Assembly (NCBI GenBank): GCA_963843575.1
Contig: CAWJKZ010000010.1
Coordinates: 160,001-224,000 of the forward strand
Source of the DNA: an uncultured Acidobacteriota bacterium
Lineage (GTDB): Bacteria; Acidobacteriota; UBA6911
Length of the DNA: 64,000 bases
Direction: 5' to 3'
Program-made: the position numbers and the translations under genes
Notes under the pieces: generated by a model
Told to the model about the DNA's origin: nothing
The model's input: the letters and a program-made list of their open reading frames with translations, nothing else
Databases searched by the model: none
Shown here: one piece after another, positions 43,514-54,011 of the stretch
Layout of the letters: each line of letters begins with the position of its first letter
Numbering within the stretch: position 1 is the first letter of the stretch

Positions 43514-44863
43514 ATGAATCGCCGAGACTTCCTTGCACTTTCCGCCGCTGCGCTACTCCCAGCGAACGCCCGGACGGAACCCGCCGGGGCGCCCAACATG
43601 GTATTCATCCTGGCCGACGACCTGGGCTATGGCGACCTCGGCTGCTACGGCCAGAAGAGCATCCGGACGCCCAACCTTGACCGGCTCGCCGCCGAGGGCA
43701 TGCGATTCACCCAGGCATACGCCGGCAGCACGGTGTGCGCGCCGTCGCGCTGCTGTCTGATGACCGGAATGCACACCGGCCACGCCACCGTGCGGGGCAA
43801 CAAGAAACCGGAAGTGGGATTGCGTCCAGAGGATGAAACGGTCGCCGCCCTGCTCAAAAGGGCAGGCTATCGCACGGCGCTGTTCGGCAAATGGGGCCTC
43901 GGGGGCCCAGACACGGGCAGCGTGCCGAACACCCGCGGGTTCGACCAGTTTTACGGCTACCTCAACCAACAGCACGCTCACAACTACTACCCCGAGCACC
44001 TCTGGGACAACCAGGTCGAGACCTTCTTGACCGGGAACTGGTTCGACCAGCGCGGAGAGTATGCCCCCGATCTGTTCACGAACCACGCGCTCGCGTTTCT
44101 GAAAGATCCCCCCAGGCAACCGTTCTTCCTGTACCTGGCCTACACGGTGCCGCACGCGGATAACGAACTGGGTCGCCTCAGGGGGAACGGCATGGAAGTG
44201 CCCGACGCCTCCCTGTATACGGGGCAGCCCTGGCCGGAACAGGAGAAGAACTTCGCCGCAATGATCAGCCGGATGGATGGAGACATCGGGAAGGTCCTCG
44301 ACGTGCTCGCGAAAACCGGGCAGGCCGACAAGACTGTGGTGTTCTTTTCCAGCGACAACGGCCCCCACCAGGAAGGCGAACACAACCCGGAGTTTTTCAC
44401 CAGCAGTGGCCCTCTGAGGGGAATCAAGCGCGACCTGTACGAGGGGGGCATCCGGGTCCCCCTGCTCGCCCGCTGGCCGGGTCAGATTCCGGCGGCCCGG
44501 GTGAGCAACGAAGTCGTGGCCTTCTGGGATGTCCTTCCTACCCTGGCCGAACTGGCGGGCGTTCAGCCCAGGGCCGGGCTCGACGGGGCCTCGTTCGCGG
44601 ACGCGCTGCGCGGCAAACCGCTGCCGGCGCACGCCCCGTTGTACTGGGAGTTCCACGAGCGTGGTTTCGGCCGGGCCGCAAGGCTCGGCAACTGGAAGGG
44701 CGTCAGCCTCGACCCGGGGAAGCCAATCGAACTGTACGACCTGGCGACCGACCCGGGAGAAAAGCACGACGTCGCGGCCGGACACCCAGATCTGGTCCGC
44801 CAGATCACGGCGCTCCTGGCATCCTGCCGAACCGACTCGGTCGACTTCCCGCTGAAGAAGTAG
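43514..44863 (+). CDS. Tat-exported Cys-type arylsulfatase
   Basis: [19 protein letters not shown] (CxPxR), GKWG, SDNG. Confidence 0.92.
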   Translation: MNRRDFLALSAAALLPANARTEPAGAPNMVFILADDLGYGDLGCYGQKSIRTPNLDRLAAEGMRFTQAYAGSTVCAPSRCCLMTGMHTGHATVRGNKKPEVGLRPEDETVAALLKRAGYRTALFGKWGLGGPDTGSVPNTRGFDQFYGYLNQQHAHNYYPEHLWDNQVETFLTGNWFDQRGEYAPDLFTNHALAFLKDPPRQPFFLYLAYTVPHADNELGRLRGNGMEVPDASLYTGQPWPEQEKNFAAMISRMDGDIGKVLDVLAKTGQADKTVVFFSSDNGPHQEGEHNPEFFTSSGPLRGIKRDLYEGGIRVPLLARWPGQIPAARVSNEVVAFWDVLPTLAELAGVQPRAGLDGASFADALRGKPLPAHAPLYWEFHERGFGRAARLGNWKGVSLDPGKPIELYDLATDPGEKHDVAAGHPDLVRQITALLASCRTDSVDFPLKK

Positions 44864-44982
44864 ACCAGCAGTCGGCACCTTACGTGAACTGTCTTCGCGC
44901 GAGACGCCGAAAGGGCTGCCGCCGGACGCGGCTCCGCAGTCGCGGACACCTTTTCGTGACGCGCGGGCTTGGGAGGTCTTCA

Positions 44983-45294
44983 ATGCCCTCAGCACCCGCA
45001 TTCATCATGATTGTCACTCTTGCCCTCGCGACCGCCGTGGCGGGCGCGGAAAAGAAACCGCCCCGTACGCTGTCGTTCCCCTCCAAGGCAGGGGAAATAA
45101 CCTTCACCCACAGGAAACATGCGAACCGGGAAAAAGGCAACTGCTCGACATGCCACGACAGTCTCTGGCCGAAATCGGCCAGAGTCGCTCCCGAGTCCAG
45201 CGCAGGCTGCAAAACCTGTCACCATGCGGACGGCAGGTCGTTCGAGATGAAGGGCAACTGCGCCAGGTGCCATGCGGCGAAATCCGGACAGTGA
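44983..45294 (+). CDS. Triheme cytochrome c7/c3-like protein
   Basis: Signal peptide, FTHRKH, and three CxxCH motifs (CSTCH, CKTCH, CARCH) in ~103 aa. Confidence 0.85.
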   Translation: MPSAPAFIMIVTLALATAVAGAEKKPPRTLSFPSKAGEITFTHRKHANREKGNCSTCHDSLWPKSARVAPESSAGCKTCHHADGRSFEMKGNCARCHAAKSGQ

Positions 45295-45399
45295 GCCTTT
45301 CGTCGATGTCGGTAAAGCGGAACGCCTGCTGCGCGAGATGGGCGTTCGTTTCTGACCCGCGGGGCGGCCTGCTCCACGATCGCCAACTGAAACGTGGCG

Positions 45400-45900
45400 C
45401 CATGTTTGTGCGTCCAGTTTGCGAGCTGGAACTGCTCCCATTTGCCGTCGGGGAGTTCATAGCTGCGGATCAGGACTTCCCGCGCCGCGAAACGGAGCCC
45501 AAAACGTTCGTCCCACCATGCCGCCCCGCTTGTCGTGCCCCAGCTCGGAAAAGTCGCGCGGCGCGCCGAGCGGGCCGAGGCTCGATGCGGAGCGCCAGCT
45601 TCCCTTGCTCGGCCGCATAGGATGGCCGTCGCGGTGGATTGTTTGCTGATCGATCCGATGCAGTACACCTCATCTCGGGACGGGCGGGTAGGGGCGGCTC
45701 GATCCGGGCGTTGCCGTAAGCCTGGACGTAAGCGATCCTGCTTTCCCGGACGACAGCCAGCGAAGCGCTGGGCGGCGCGCCCGGTTCGGCGAGCACTTCC
45801 CGGACAACCCGATCGATTTGCCCGCCCAACTCGTCTGGCGCGGCACCAGGCGGCCGCGCCGGGATGGCAACGGGGCACCACACTAGGGCGGATGACCAAT
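45400..45900 (-). pseudogene. Internally deleted, frameshifted serine hydrolase (beta-lactamase/PBP-like) remnant
   Basis: Fragments in two frames: [23 protein letters not shown] and IGSISKQ (SxxK). These are followed soon after by a C-terminal-like YELPDGKWEQ; most of the middle of the protein is missing. Boundaries approximate. Confidence 0.65.
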
Positions 45901-46113
45901 CGAGATCGCATACAGGCCTCCGGCGAACAGTTTGGTGGTCAATCACATAAACACGATAGCGTTCTTTCGTACGCGGATCGACGCGAAGCCACGCGGGGTC
46001 AAAAACAAAGAGTGACACTCGGGGCGCCCTCGTGGAACCCCCGCCCTATTTGGTTGCAGGGGCCGACCACACTGTGGGATCTTAAAGGTTCAGACAAAGA
46101 GAGGACGCTCGCC

Positions 46114-47127
46114 ATGAAGAACATGCCCCGTCGCCGTTTTCTGGAATTGTCTGCCCTCGGCGGCATCGCCGCCGGTACCGCGCCTGCCATGGCCCGGCAG
46201 CAGAAGCAGGCGAAGACTCCGCCGTTCAGGATTTCGCTGGCCCAATGGTCCCTCCACCGCGCCTTGTTCGGCGGAGACCCGGGGGAAATGATGGGCTGGG
46301 GGGAGTTCGAGAAGCGGTTGCAGTCCGCCGCCTATCGCAGCCTTCTCGGCGGATCGATGAAGCCGCTCGACTTCGCGGCCACGGCGAGACGGGATTTCGG
46401 CATCGATGCGATCGAGTACGTGAATGTCTTCTTCTTCGACCGGGCCAAAGACTCGGCCTTCATGGGGGAACTGAAGAAGCGGGCGGACTCCGAGGGGGTC
46501 CGGAGTGTCCTGATCATGTGTGACGGGCTCGGGCAGCTGGGCACTCCCGACGGCAGCTCCCGTGCCAGGGTGGTCGAAAACCACTACCCGTGGGTGGAGG
46601 CCGCCGCTTTCCTGGGTTGCCACGCCATCCGGGTCAATGCCGCCAGCGACGAGAAGCTGCCGCCCGCCGAGCAGCAGAAACTCGTAGCCGACGGGCTGAG
46701 GCGCCTGGCGGAGTTCGCGGACGCGCGCGGCATCAACGTGCTGGTGGAAAACCACGGCGGCCTGTCCAGCAACGGCAAGTGGCTGACCGGCGTGATGGAA
46801 CTTGCGGCGCACAAGCGTGTAGGCACGCTCCCCGATTTCGGCAACTTTCAGATCCGGCCGGGGGAGGAGTACGACCGCTACCTGGGAATGCAGGAACTGA
46901 TGCGCTTCGCCAAGTCGGTCAGCGCGAAAACGTACGACTTCGACGAGAACGGGAACGAAACCACGATCGACGTCCCCCGGGTGATGAAGATCGTGCTTGA
47001 CGCGGGCTTCCGCGGGTTCGTGGGAATCGAGTACGAGGGGACCAGGCTCAGCGAAGCCGACGGGATACGTGCGACACGGAAGCTGCTGATGCGGGTGCGC
47101 GACCAAATGGCCGCCAACTACGCTTGA
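46114..47127 (+). CDS. Tat-exported sugar phosphate isomerase/epimerase (xylose isomerase-like TIM barrel)
   Basis: [38 protein letters not shown]. Confidence 0.88.
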   Translation: MKNMPRRRFLELSALGGIAAGTAPAMARQQKQAKTPPFRISLAQWSLHRALFGGDPGEMMGWGEFEKRLQSAAYRSLLGGSMKPLDFAATARRDFGIDAIEYVNVFFFDRAKDSAFMGELKKRADSEGVRSVLIMCDGLGQLGTPDGSSRARVVENHYPWVEAAAFLGCHAIRVNAASDEKLPPAEQQKLVADGLRRLAEFADARGINVLVENHGGLSSNGKWLTGVMELAAHKRVGTLPDFGNFQIRPGEEYDRYLGMQELMRFAKSVSAKTYDFDENGNETTIDVPRVMKIVLDAGFRGFVGIEYEGTRLSEADGIRATRKLLMRVRDQMAANYA

Positions 47128-47153
47128 ATCACGGTGATTTCGAGGAGACTGCA

Positions 47154-48489
47154 ATGAACCACACTCTCCAGGACTGACCGCCGTTCCTTCCTGAAACGGG
47201 CAGCCGCGGCTGGCGCGGTCGCGCCCGCCTTTGTCCGCAACCTCCTATCGTCCTCGCCCGCGAACCGTGTCCGGCTGGCCAGCTTCGGCGCCGACGGGAT
47301 GGCATTCTCCACGCTGGACGGCATCGCAACTCATCCCGAGGTCGTGCTGGTTTCCGTGTCCGAAGTGGATTCGACCCGGCTCGACAAGGTCAAGAAGCGT
47401 TACCCGGACGCGCGCACTTACGCCGACTGGCGTCGCATGCTCGACAAGGAGCGCAAGAACCTCGATGCGGTCTGTGTCGGCACCCCGGACCACATGCATG
47501 CGCCGATGGCAATGCAATCCATGGAGGCCGGGCTGCACGTCTACGTACAGAAACCCCTGACCCACGACATCCACGAAGCCCGGCGCCTCACCGAGGCGGC
47601 GCGGACGAAGAAGGTCGTCTCACAGATGGGCATTCAGCGCCACTCGAGCGCCGAGTACAAGACTGCCGTCGAGGTTATCCAGGGCGGCGCCATCGGCAAG
47701 GTTAAAGAGGTCCACGCCTGGAGCAACAAGAAGTGGGGCGATCCCGATCCCTTGCCCGACCGCTCCGACCCCGTGCCGCCGTCGCTCGATTGGGACCAGT
47801 GGCTGGGAGTCGCCGAATCCCGCCCCTACATAGGCGGCTACTACCACCCGGAGAACTGGCGCAAACGAATCGACTTCGGTACGGCAACCTTCGGGGACAT
47901 GGGCTGCCATATCTACGATCCTATCTTCGCATCGTTGCGCCTGGGAGCCCCCGTGTCGGTGCGGTCGGAAGGGCCGGCCCCAACCCGGCACAACTGGCCG
48001 GTCAACTCGGTCATCCGGTACGTGTTCGCCGGCACCCCCTACACGGAGGGCGACCGCCTGAGCGTCTCCTGGTACGACGGCGACCAGCGGCCGCCCAAGG
48101 AAGTGTTCCCGCCGCTGGGAACCGTCAGGATGCCGGAACAAGGCTCGATTTTCATAGGGACCAGCGGCATGCTGCTGCTCGCCCATTTGGCTATGCCGGT
48201 ACTCCTCCCGCGCGAGAAGTACGAGGGGCACGCGCTCCCCAAAATCGAGACCGACGACCACTACCACCAGTTCGTAGACGCCATCCTCGGGAAGGCCAAG
48301 ACCTCCGCCGCATTCGACTACGCCGGCCCGCTGACCGAGGCCGTGCTGCTCGGCCCCCTGGCGACCCGGTTCCCGAACACCACCCTGACGTGGGACTCGG
48401 CACCGATGCGGTTCGCCAACTCTCCGGAGGCGACCCGGTACGTCCGCCGCAAATACCGCGCGGGCTGGAGAATCAAGGGACTCAGCTGA
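47154..48489 (+). CDS. Tat-exported Gfo/Idh/MocA oxidoreductase; frameshift just after the start (~47160-47172)
   Basis: GAGGAG RBS with ATG at 47154, which is out of frame with DRRSFL; TPDHMH, VQKPLTH, GDMGCH, YRAGW. Confidence 0.85.
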
Positions 48490-48503
48490 GCAGTGGGGGA
48501 ATT

Positions 48504-49052
48504 ATGCCCACGCCGAAACCTCCCGGCAGGCGAGCAACAGGAAAGCCAAAACCGAAAACCCCCGGAACGAATGCGGTCCTCCGGCGGCAACTGCTGAGTC
48601 TGCTCGAAGGGGGCGGCGCCCACGCCAACTTCGCGGAGGCGGTCGGGGGATTTCCCCCTGAACTGCGCGGGATCGCGCCTCCGGGTGCACCGCACACCGC
48701 GTGGGAGTTGCTGGAACACATACGCATCGCACAGTCGGACATCCTGGAATTCAGCCGGGATCCCAAGTATGTCTCGCCCGAGTGGCCGTCAGGGTACTGG
48801 CCGGATGCCCGAGAGCCTGCGGATGACGCCGCCTGGGCGGCAAGCGTCGACGCATTCCTGTCTGATTCTGCTGCGCTGAGGAAACTGGTCGGGAACCCGA
48901 GGACTGACCTGTTTGCCCATGTGCAGCACCCCGACGCCGCGGCAGACACGAACCTGCTGCGCGAGGTGCTGCTGGTCGCCGACCACAACGCCTACCACCT
49001 GGGGGAACTCGTCTTCCTCCGCAGGATGCTGGGAGCGTGGCCCGCCCGGTAG
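48504..49052 (+). CDS. DinB family protein
   Basis: WELLEHIRIAQ..DIL, WPSGYWP, ADHNAYHLGE. Confidence 0.85.
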   Translation: MPTPKPPGRRATGKPKPKTPGTNAVLRRQLLSLLEGGGAHANFAEAVGGFPPELRGIAPPGAPHTAWELLEHIRIAQSDILEFSRDPKYVSPEWPSGYWPDAREPADDAAWAASVDAFLSDSAALRKLVGNPRTDLFAHVQHPDAAADTNLLREVLLVADHNAYHLGELVFLRRMLGAWPAR

Positions 49053-49064
49053 TGTCGCCCATCT

Positions 49065-49138
49065 GCAAAACAAGCGCGTCTGGGGCTGAATGTGGCGTGC
49101 GCGGCCACCGCAGGTCGAGGTTGCGGGGTCGCATCTCG
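49065..49138 (+). repeat. Truncated REPIN-family fragment (copy E)
   Basis: GCAAAACAAGCGCGTCTGGGGCTGAA resembles the start of copy A; CGAGGTTGCGGGGTCGCATCTCG resembles the interior of copies B and D. Confidence 0.6.
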
Positions 49139-49149
49139 TCCGGAGCGAG

Positions 49150-50667
49150 CTACTGCTGGAAGAGATCCCTCGTCGAGAAACGCGCGTCGCTGGTCAGATT
49201 GACCCCCAAGCGCCGCAACCCGGCTTCGTCGCCCGGTGTCGGGATGTGGGTGAGGTGCACCTCGCACCCCTGCAGGCTGCGAAGCTGCTCCATCGCCAGC
49301 TGTGCGGTCGGATTTGTCGCCGCGCCGATGCTTAGGGCGATGAGCGCCTCGTCGAGGTCCAGGCTCACGGTCTTCTTCCCCATCACCGTTTCCTTCAGCC
49401 GGGCGACGCTCTCGATGATGGTGGGCGACAGCAGGTGGATCTGGTCGGGTATGCCGCCCAGCTTCTTGATCGCATTGAGAACCAGCGCCGAGGTGGCGTG
49501 CATCAGTGGCGAATTCCGGCCGGTGACGATACTTCCGTCGGGCAGTACGAGCGCAGCCCCGGAAAACACTCCCTCATGCCCCTTGTCCTGACTCCGCGCG
49601 CGCGCAGCGGCATCGCGGGCCGGCTCGACAACGCGGCGCATGGCCCAGTCGATGTTCATCTCATTCATCAGCAGTTCGACCCGCTGCACCGTCTCGTCGC
49701 TGGCGAAACCCATGGCGTACTCGCAACTGTACCGGAAATAGCGCCGGATGATCTCCTGCCTCGAAGCCTCGCGGACGGCCTCGTCGTCGACGATGGCAAA
49801 ACCGACGCGGTTGACACCCATTTCGGTGGGCGAGCGGTACACGGAGGCGCAACCGGTGATGCGTTCGAGTATCCGTTTGAGCACCGGGAAAATCTCCACG
49901 TCGCGGTTGTAGTTGATGGCGACGGAGCCCGCCGCCTCCAGGTGGAAAGGGTCGATGAGGTTGAAATCGGCGATATCCGCCGTGGCCGCCTCGTAGGCGA
50001 TGTTGACCGGGTGCTTCAGCGGCAGGTTCCAGATCGGGAAGGTCTCGAACTTGGCATATCCGGATGCAATACCATTGCGGTGGTCATGGTAGAGCTGGGA
50101 AAGGCATGTTGCCAGCTTCCCGCTTCCCGGTCCCGGCCCGGTCACTATGACCAGGGGCTTTTTCGTCTCGATGTATTCGTTCGCCCCATACCCCTGGTCG
50201 CTCACAATCGTATCGACATCCGTGGGGTAGCCCCGCGTGAACTTGTGAGTGTAGACCCGGATTCCGCGCCGCTCGAGCTTGTTCTTGAAAATGGTGGCGG
50301 CGGGCTGATTGTCGAACCGGGTGATCACCACGGCCAGGACCTCCACGCCCCGGTTCCGCAGATCGTCGATGAGCTTCAGCGCATCCACGTCGTAGGTGAT
50401 CCCGAAATCCGCGCGCAGTTTACGCCTCTCGATGTCCCCCGCATGGATGCAGAGGAGCACGTCGGCGTCGTTTCGCAACTCCCGCAACAGGCTCATCTTC
50501 ACGTTCGGGTCAAATCCCGGCAGCACGCGCGCGGCGTGGTGGTCGAACAGCAGTTTCCCCCCGAACTCGAGATAGAGTTTGTTGTCGAACCGATGTACCC
50601 GCTCCAGGATCGCGGCGGTCTGTTCTTTGAGATAGCGTCCATTGTCGAAACCGAGCCGGTTGTTCAT
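49150..50667 (-). CDS. DUF1846/UPF0371 family P-loop protein
   Basis: KLYLEFGGKL..DHHAARVLPGF, GPGPGSGKLATC, YAKFETFP, NYNRD, SPTEMGVN. Confidence 0.88.
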   Translation of the reverse strand: MNNRLGFDNGRYLKEQTAAILERVHRFDNKLYLEFGGKLLFDHHAARVLPGFDPNVKMSLLRELRNDADVLLCIHAGDIERRKLRADFGITYDVDALKLIDDLRNRGVEVLAVVITRFDNQPAATIFKNKLERRGIRVYTHKFTRGYPTDVDTIVSDQGYGANEYIETKKPLVIVTGPGPGSGKLATCLSQLYHDHRNGIASGYAKFETFPIWNLPLKHPVNIAYEAATADIADFNLIDPFHLEAAGSVAINYNRDVEIFPVLKRILERITGCASVYRSPTEMGVNRVGFAIVDDEAVREASRQEIIRRYFRYSCEYAMGFASDETVQRVELLMNEMNIDWAMRRVVEPARDAAARARSQDKGHEGVFSGAALVLPDGSIVTGRNSPLMHATSALVLNAIKKLGGIPDQIHLLSPTIIESVARLKETVMGKKTVSLDLDEALIALSIGAATNPTAQLAMEQLRSLQGCEVHLTHIPTPGDEAGLRRLGVNLTSDARFSTRDLFQQ

Positions 50668-50810
50668 CACTCTCCCGCTGAAGAATATGACAGCCCGGAG
50701 TCCCGGGCTTCGTTCCTGGCACCGCTGCCATGCATGCTGCGACGGGGATCGAGTCTAGCACACGCGTGCCCCGGCCGGGTCCAAACCGATCGGGCGCCGA
50801 GTTCTGCCTA

Positions 50811-51027
50811 CAACGGTTGATTCTGGAGTGCGGCGGCTCGACGCCGCTTTGGTGGCGGCGCCTCGGTGCCGCCAAAGGCCGAGGTCGCAGGCTCGCATCT
50901 CGCACTTCGGCGTGGCGCCGAGGCGCCGGGCATTCCGGCCGTAGGACGAGTGAAAGCGGCGCCGAGGCGCCGCACTCCAGATTACTTCAGTTCGTCCGGA
51001 TTGAACGTCAACCGTTGGACAGCCTCT
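50811..51027 (+). mobile_element. REPIN/MITE-like element, copy D (left TIR truncated)
   Basis: REP-like units at 50825-50850 and 50953-50978 are in inverted orientation. The right end TCCGGATTGAACGTCAACCGTTGGACAGCCTCT is identical to copy B. Confidence 0.82.
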
Positions 51028-51118
51028 GGAGCCCGGACCCACACAGAGCTTTTCCCGTTGCCCCCCCGGAGGCGATTACGGTAGAAATGCACGTTCGATC
51101 CTCTTAGGAGTAGCGCGC

Positions 51119-52795
51119 ATGAAATGCCTGCGTATCCCGGTTTCCCGTAACGCCGCCTTTTTCATCGCCTTGCTCTGCGGCATAGGCTCGGTTTCCGCCT
51201 ACCTGCCCGCCACCGACGCCGAGAACGAGCCCGAGTCGTGTACAAGCATCATGGTCGGGCCACTGGCGTCCTCGGACGGCTCGATCATGACCTGTCACAC
51301 CTGCGATGGGAACTACCGCACCTGGCTGAACATCGTGCCCCATCGAAAACACCCGGCCGGAGCGAAATCCAGGGTCTACTGGGGGAACCTGCACACCGAG
51401 ACGCCCTGGGACACGCGAGGCAAGATCCTGAAAGGGGAGATCCCCGAAGCGGATGAAACCTACGCCTACCTGAACGTCGCCTACCCCGCCATGAATGAAA
51501 AACAGCTGGGCATCGGGGAAACGACCATCGGCGGGAGGCAGGAACTCGAAAACGACGAGGGGTTGTTTCTCATCGAGGAGCTGGAGCGGATCGCCCTGGA
51601 GCGGTGCACCACGGCGCGGGACGCGATCCGGCTAATCGGGGGGCTCGTCAAGGAGTATGGCTACGGCGACAGCGGCGAGTGCATCACGATCGCGGACAAG
51701 AAAGAAGTCTGGCACCTCGAGATTTTCGGGGCCGGCCCGGCGGAAAAAGGGGCCGTCTGGGCGGCGGTCCGCATCCCCGACGACCACGTCGGCGTTTCCG
51801 CGAACCGGCCGAGAATCAGCGAGCTGAAGCTGGACCAGCCCGATCGCTACCTGGCTTCGGACAACGTCTTCAAGGTTGCCGAGGACATGGGGTGGTGGGA
51901 CCCCAAGAAGGGCGAGCCATTCAAGTTCTGGAAAGCCTATAGCGGACGCACCCCCTTCGCCGAACGCGAGTTCTTCATCCTGAGCACGCTCGCCCCGTAC
52001 CTGAACCTGCGCAAGGATGCGGAGGAACTCCCCTTTTCGGTCAAACCGGTCAGGAAGCTTTCGGTTCGCGACGTGATGAAGTTTTACCGGGAAACGTACG
52101 AAGGTACCGAATCCGACATGACGAAAAACCTGATGGTGCCCAGGGCGCGCAAGCGCGGAGAACCGGAACCCAAAGATGAGAAGCCGGAAATGGTGAAGAG
52201 CGCGGTGGCCAGCGCCTGGATGAGCAGCGACCTCATCACGCTCCTGAACACCCTCAAGCCCGGCACGGTCGAGCGACAGCGGACCATCGCGATTGCAGGC
52301 TGTTCCTACTCTCAGATCGTGCAGATCCGCCCCTGGCTGCCGGACGAAATCGGGGGCATCGCGTGGTTTTCGTTCGACAACCCAGCCCAGAGCCCGCGGT
52401 TCCCGATTTTCGCCGGCGTCCTCTCTCTGCCGCAGAGCTTCGAGATCGATGGCCAGCAGCGGTTTCGGGCGGACGCCGCGATCTGGTCGTTCCGCATGGC
52501 CAACCGGCTGGCGACGGTCCGGTGGGGCGAAAGCCGCAAGCTGATCGAGGAGGGGGTCGCGGAGTTCGAGAACCGGGCATTCCAGGAACTCCCCGCCATC
52601 GACAAGATCGCGCTGGAGATCTATCAGGGCGACAGTGCAGGATCCGCCACCGGCGGCAGCGACGGCGCGGACTCGAAACCCTCACGCTGCAGGGAGTTTC
52701 TGACCAAGTACACGAACGATTTCGCCCGCGCCGCCATGGACAAGTGGTCCGAGCTCGGCAACACCCTTTGGGGCACCCTCGCCCGCCCGTACTAG
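51119..52795 (+). CDS. Exported peptidase family C69 (Ntn hydrolase, dipeptidase)
   Basis: Signal peptide, SCTSIMVG (N-terminal Cys nucleophile), MNEKQLGIGETT, RCTTARDAI, GECITIAD, WAAVRIPDD. Confidence 0.85.
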   Translation: MKCLRIPVSRNAAFFIALLCGIGSVSAYLPATDAENEPESCTSIMVGPLASSDGSIMTCHTCDGNYRTWLNIVPHRKHPAGAKSRVYWGNLHTETPWDTRGKILKGEIPEADETYAYLNVAYPAMNEKQLGIGETTIGGRQELENDEGLFLIEELERIALERCTTARDAIRLIGGLVKEYGYGDSGECITIADKKEVWHLEIFGAGPAEKGAVWAAVRIPDDHVGVSANRPRISELKLDQPDRYLASDNVFKVAEDMGWWDPKKGEPFKFWKAYSGRTPFAEREFFILSTLAPYLNLRKDAEELPFSVKPVRKLSVRDVMKFYRETYEGTESDMTKNLMVPRARKRGEPEPKDEKPEMVKSAVASAWMSSDLITLLNTLKPGTVERQRTIAIAGCSYSQIVQIRPWLPDEIGGIAWFSFDNPAQSPRFPIFAGVLSLPQSFEIDGQQRFRADAAIWSFRMANRLATVRWGESRKLIEEGVAEFENRAFQELPAIDKIALEIYQGDSAGSATGGSDGADSKPSRCREFLTKYTNDFARAAMDKWSELGNTLWGTLARPY

Positions 52796-52832
52796 CTTCC
52801 GGCGAGCCGCGGCCGCCGCAGGACTTTGGCTT

Positions 52833-54011
52833 GTGTCGATTCTGCTCGGTGTATCAAGCGCGTGCCTGGCCGGCCTCCTCTGGGAACGCATCGCCCTGGA
52901 TCGTCGTCTGAAGCGGGTCCCGTTGCGCATCTGTATCACGGGCACCCGCGGCAAATCGAGCGTCGCCCGCATGCTCGCCTCCGTGCTGCGTCGCAGCGGC
53001 CGCACGGTCCTGGCAAAGACAACGGGGTCGGAGGCGCGGTACGTCCTGCCCGACGGCGACGAGCGGGACGTGCCCCGCAGGGGCGCGGTGTCGATCCTCG
53101 AACAGAAGAGGCTGGTGACACTGGCGGCCCGGCTGCGTGCCGATTGCCTGGTCGCCGAGATCATGAGCCTCAGGCCCGAGGCACACCGGGTGGAAGCACA
53201 ATTGCTCTTGCGCCCGCACATCCTCGCCGTCACCAACGTGCGCCCGGATCACACCGACGTCATGGGGGAGAGCAGGGCGGACATCGCGACAGTGCTCGCT
53301 TCGACGGTCTGCCGCGGTACCGCGGTCTTTCTGACGGAGGACGCGCCTCGCGGTCCATTTCTTGCGCGCGTTCGCCGGCACGCGGGCCGACTGCTCGACG
53401 TCCCCCCGGGTGCGGCTGCGGAACTGTGCTCGGCGGCACCCGAACTGGGCCGGGCGGAATTCGCCGAAAACCTCGATCTCGTGTGCGCGATCGCCCGGCA
53501 CCTGGGCATTCCGGACGAGACCATTCTCGCAGGGATGAGGGAAACCCGGCACGATGCCGGACGTCTCCGGATCTCCCTGTACCGGGCGCCGGATTCCCCC
53601 CGTATCGTCTATCTCGTGAACGCCTTCGCCGCAAACGACCCCGAATCGACGTCGCGCGTGCTCTCGAAGGTGAAGCACCTGCTCCCCGCCGCGGCCGGCA
53701 ACGTCATAGGGGTACTGAATCTGCGCGACGACAGGGTCCCCAGAACCCTGCAATGGGTGAACGCATTGAACGGCCCAGCCGCGGGCTGGTTCAGCAGGAT
53801 CTTCCTGGCCGGGACGTACCCGCCGGCGATCACCCGTCGACTCCCCTCGGCCGTTCCCCTCGAGCATCGTCCGCCGCAGGAGATGACCAACGCGGTCCTT
53901 TCCTCTATGGAAGACCGGGACGGAGTCGTTTTCGGGTTCGGCAACTTCTCGGGCGCTGGGCAACTCCTGTCCGCGCACTGGGCGGAGGTGGGCAAGGACT
54001 ATGGGTTATGA
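52833..54011 (+). CDS. pgsB: Poly-gamma-glutamate synthase PgsB/CapB
   Basis: N-terminal TM helix, ITGTRGKSS, KTTGS, TNVRPDHTDVMG, NAFAANDPES, NLRDDR, GFGN. Confidence 0.9.
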   Translation: MSILLGVSSACLAGLLWERIALDRRLKRVPLRICITGTRGKSSVARMLASVLRRSGRTVLAKTTGSEARYVLPDGDERDVPRRGAVSILEQKRLVTLAARLRADCLVAEIMSLRPEAHRVEAQLLLRPHILAVTNVRPDHTDVMGESRADIATVLASTVCRGTAVFLTEDAPRGPFLARVRRHAGRLLDVPPGAAAELCSAAPELGRAEFAENLDLVCAIARHLGIPDETILAGMRETRHDAGRLRISLYRAPDSPRIVYLVNAFAANDPESTSRVLSKVKHLLPAAAGNVIGVLNLRDDRVPRTLQWVNALNGPAAGWFSRIFLAGTYPPAITRRLPSAVPLEHRPPQEMTNAVLSSMEDRDGVVFGFGNFSGAGQLLSAHWAEVGKDYGL

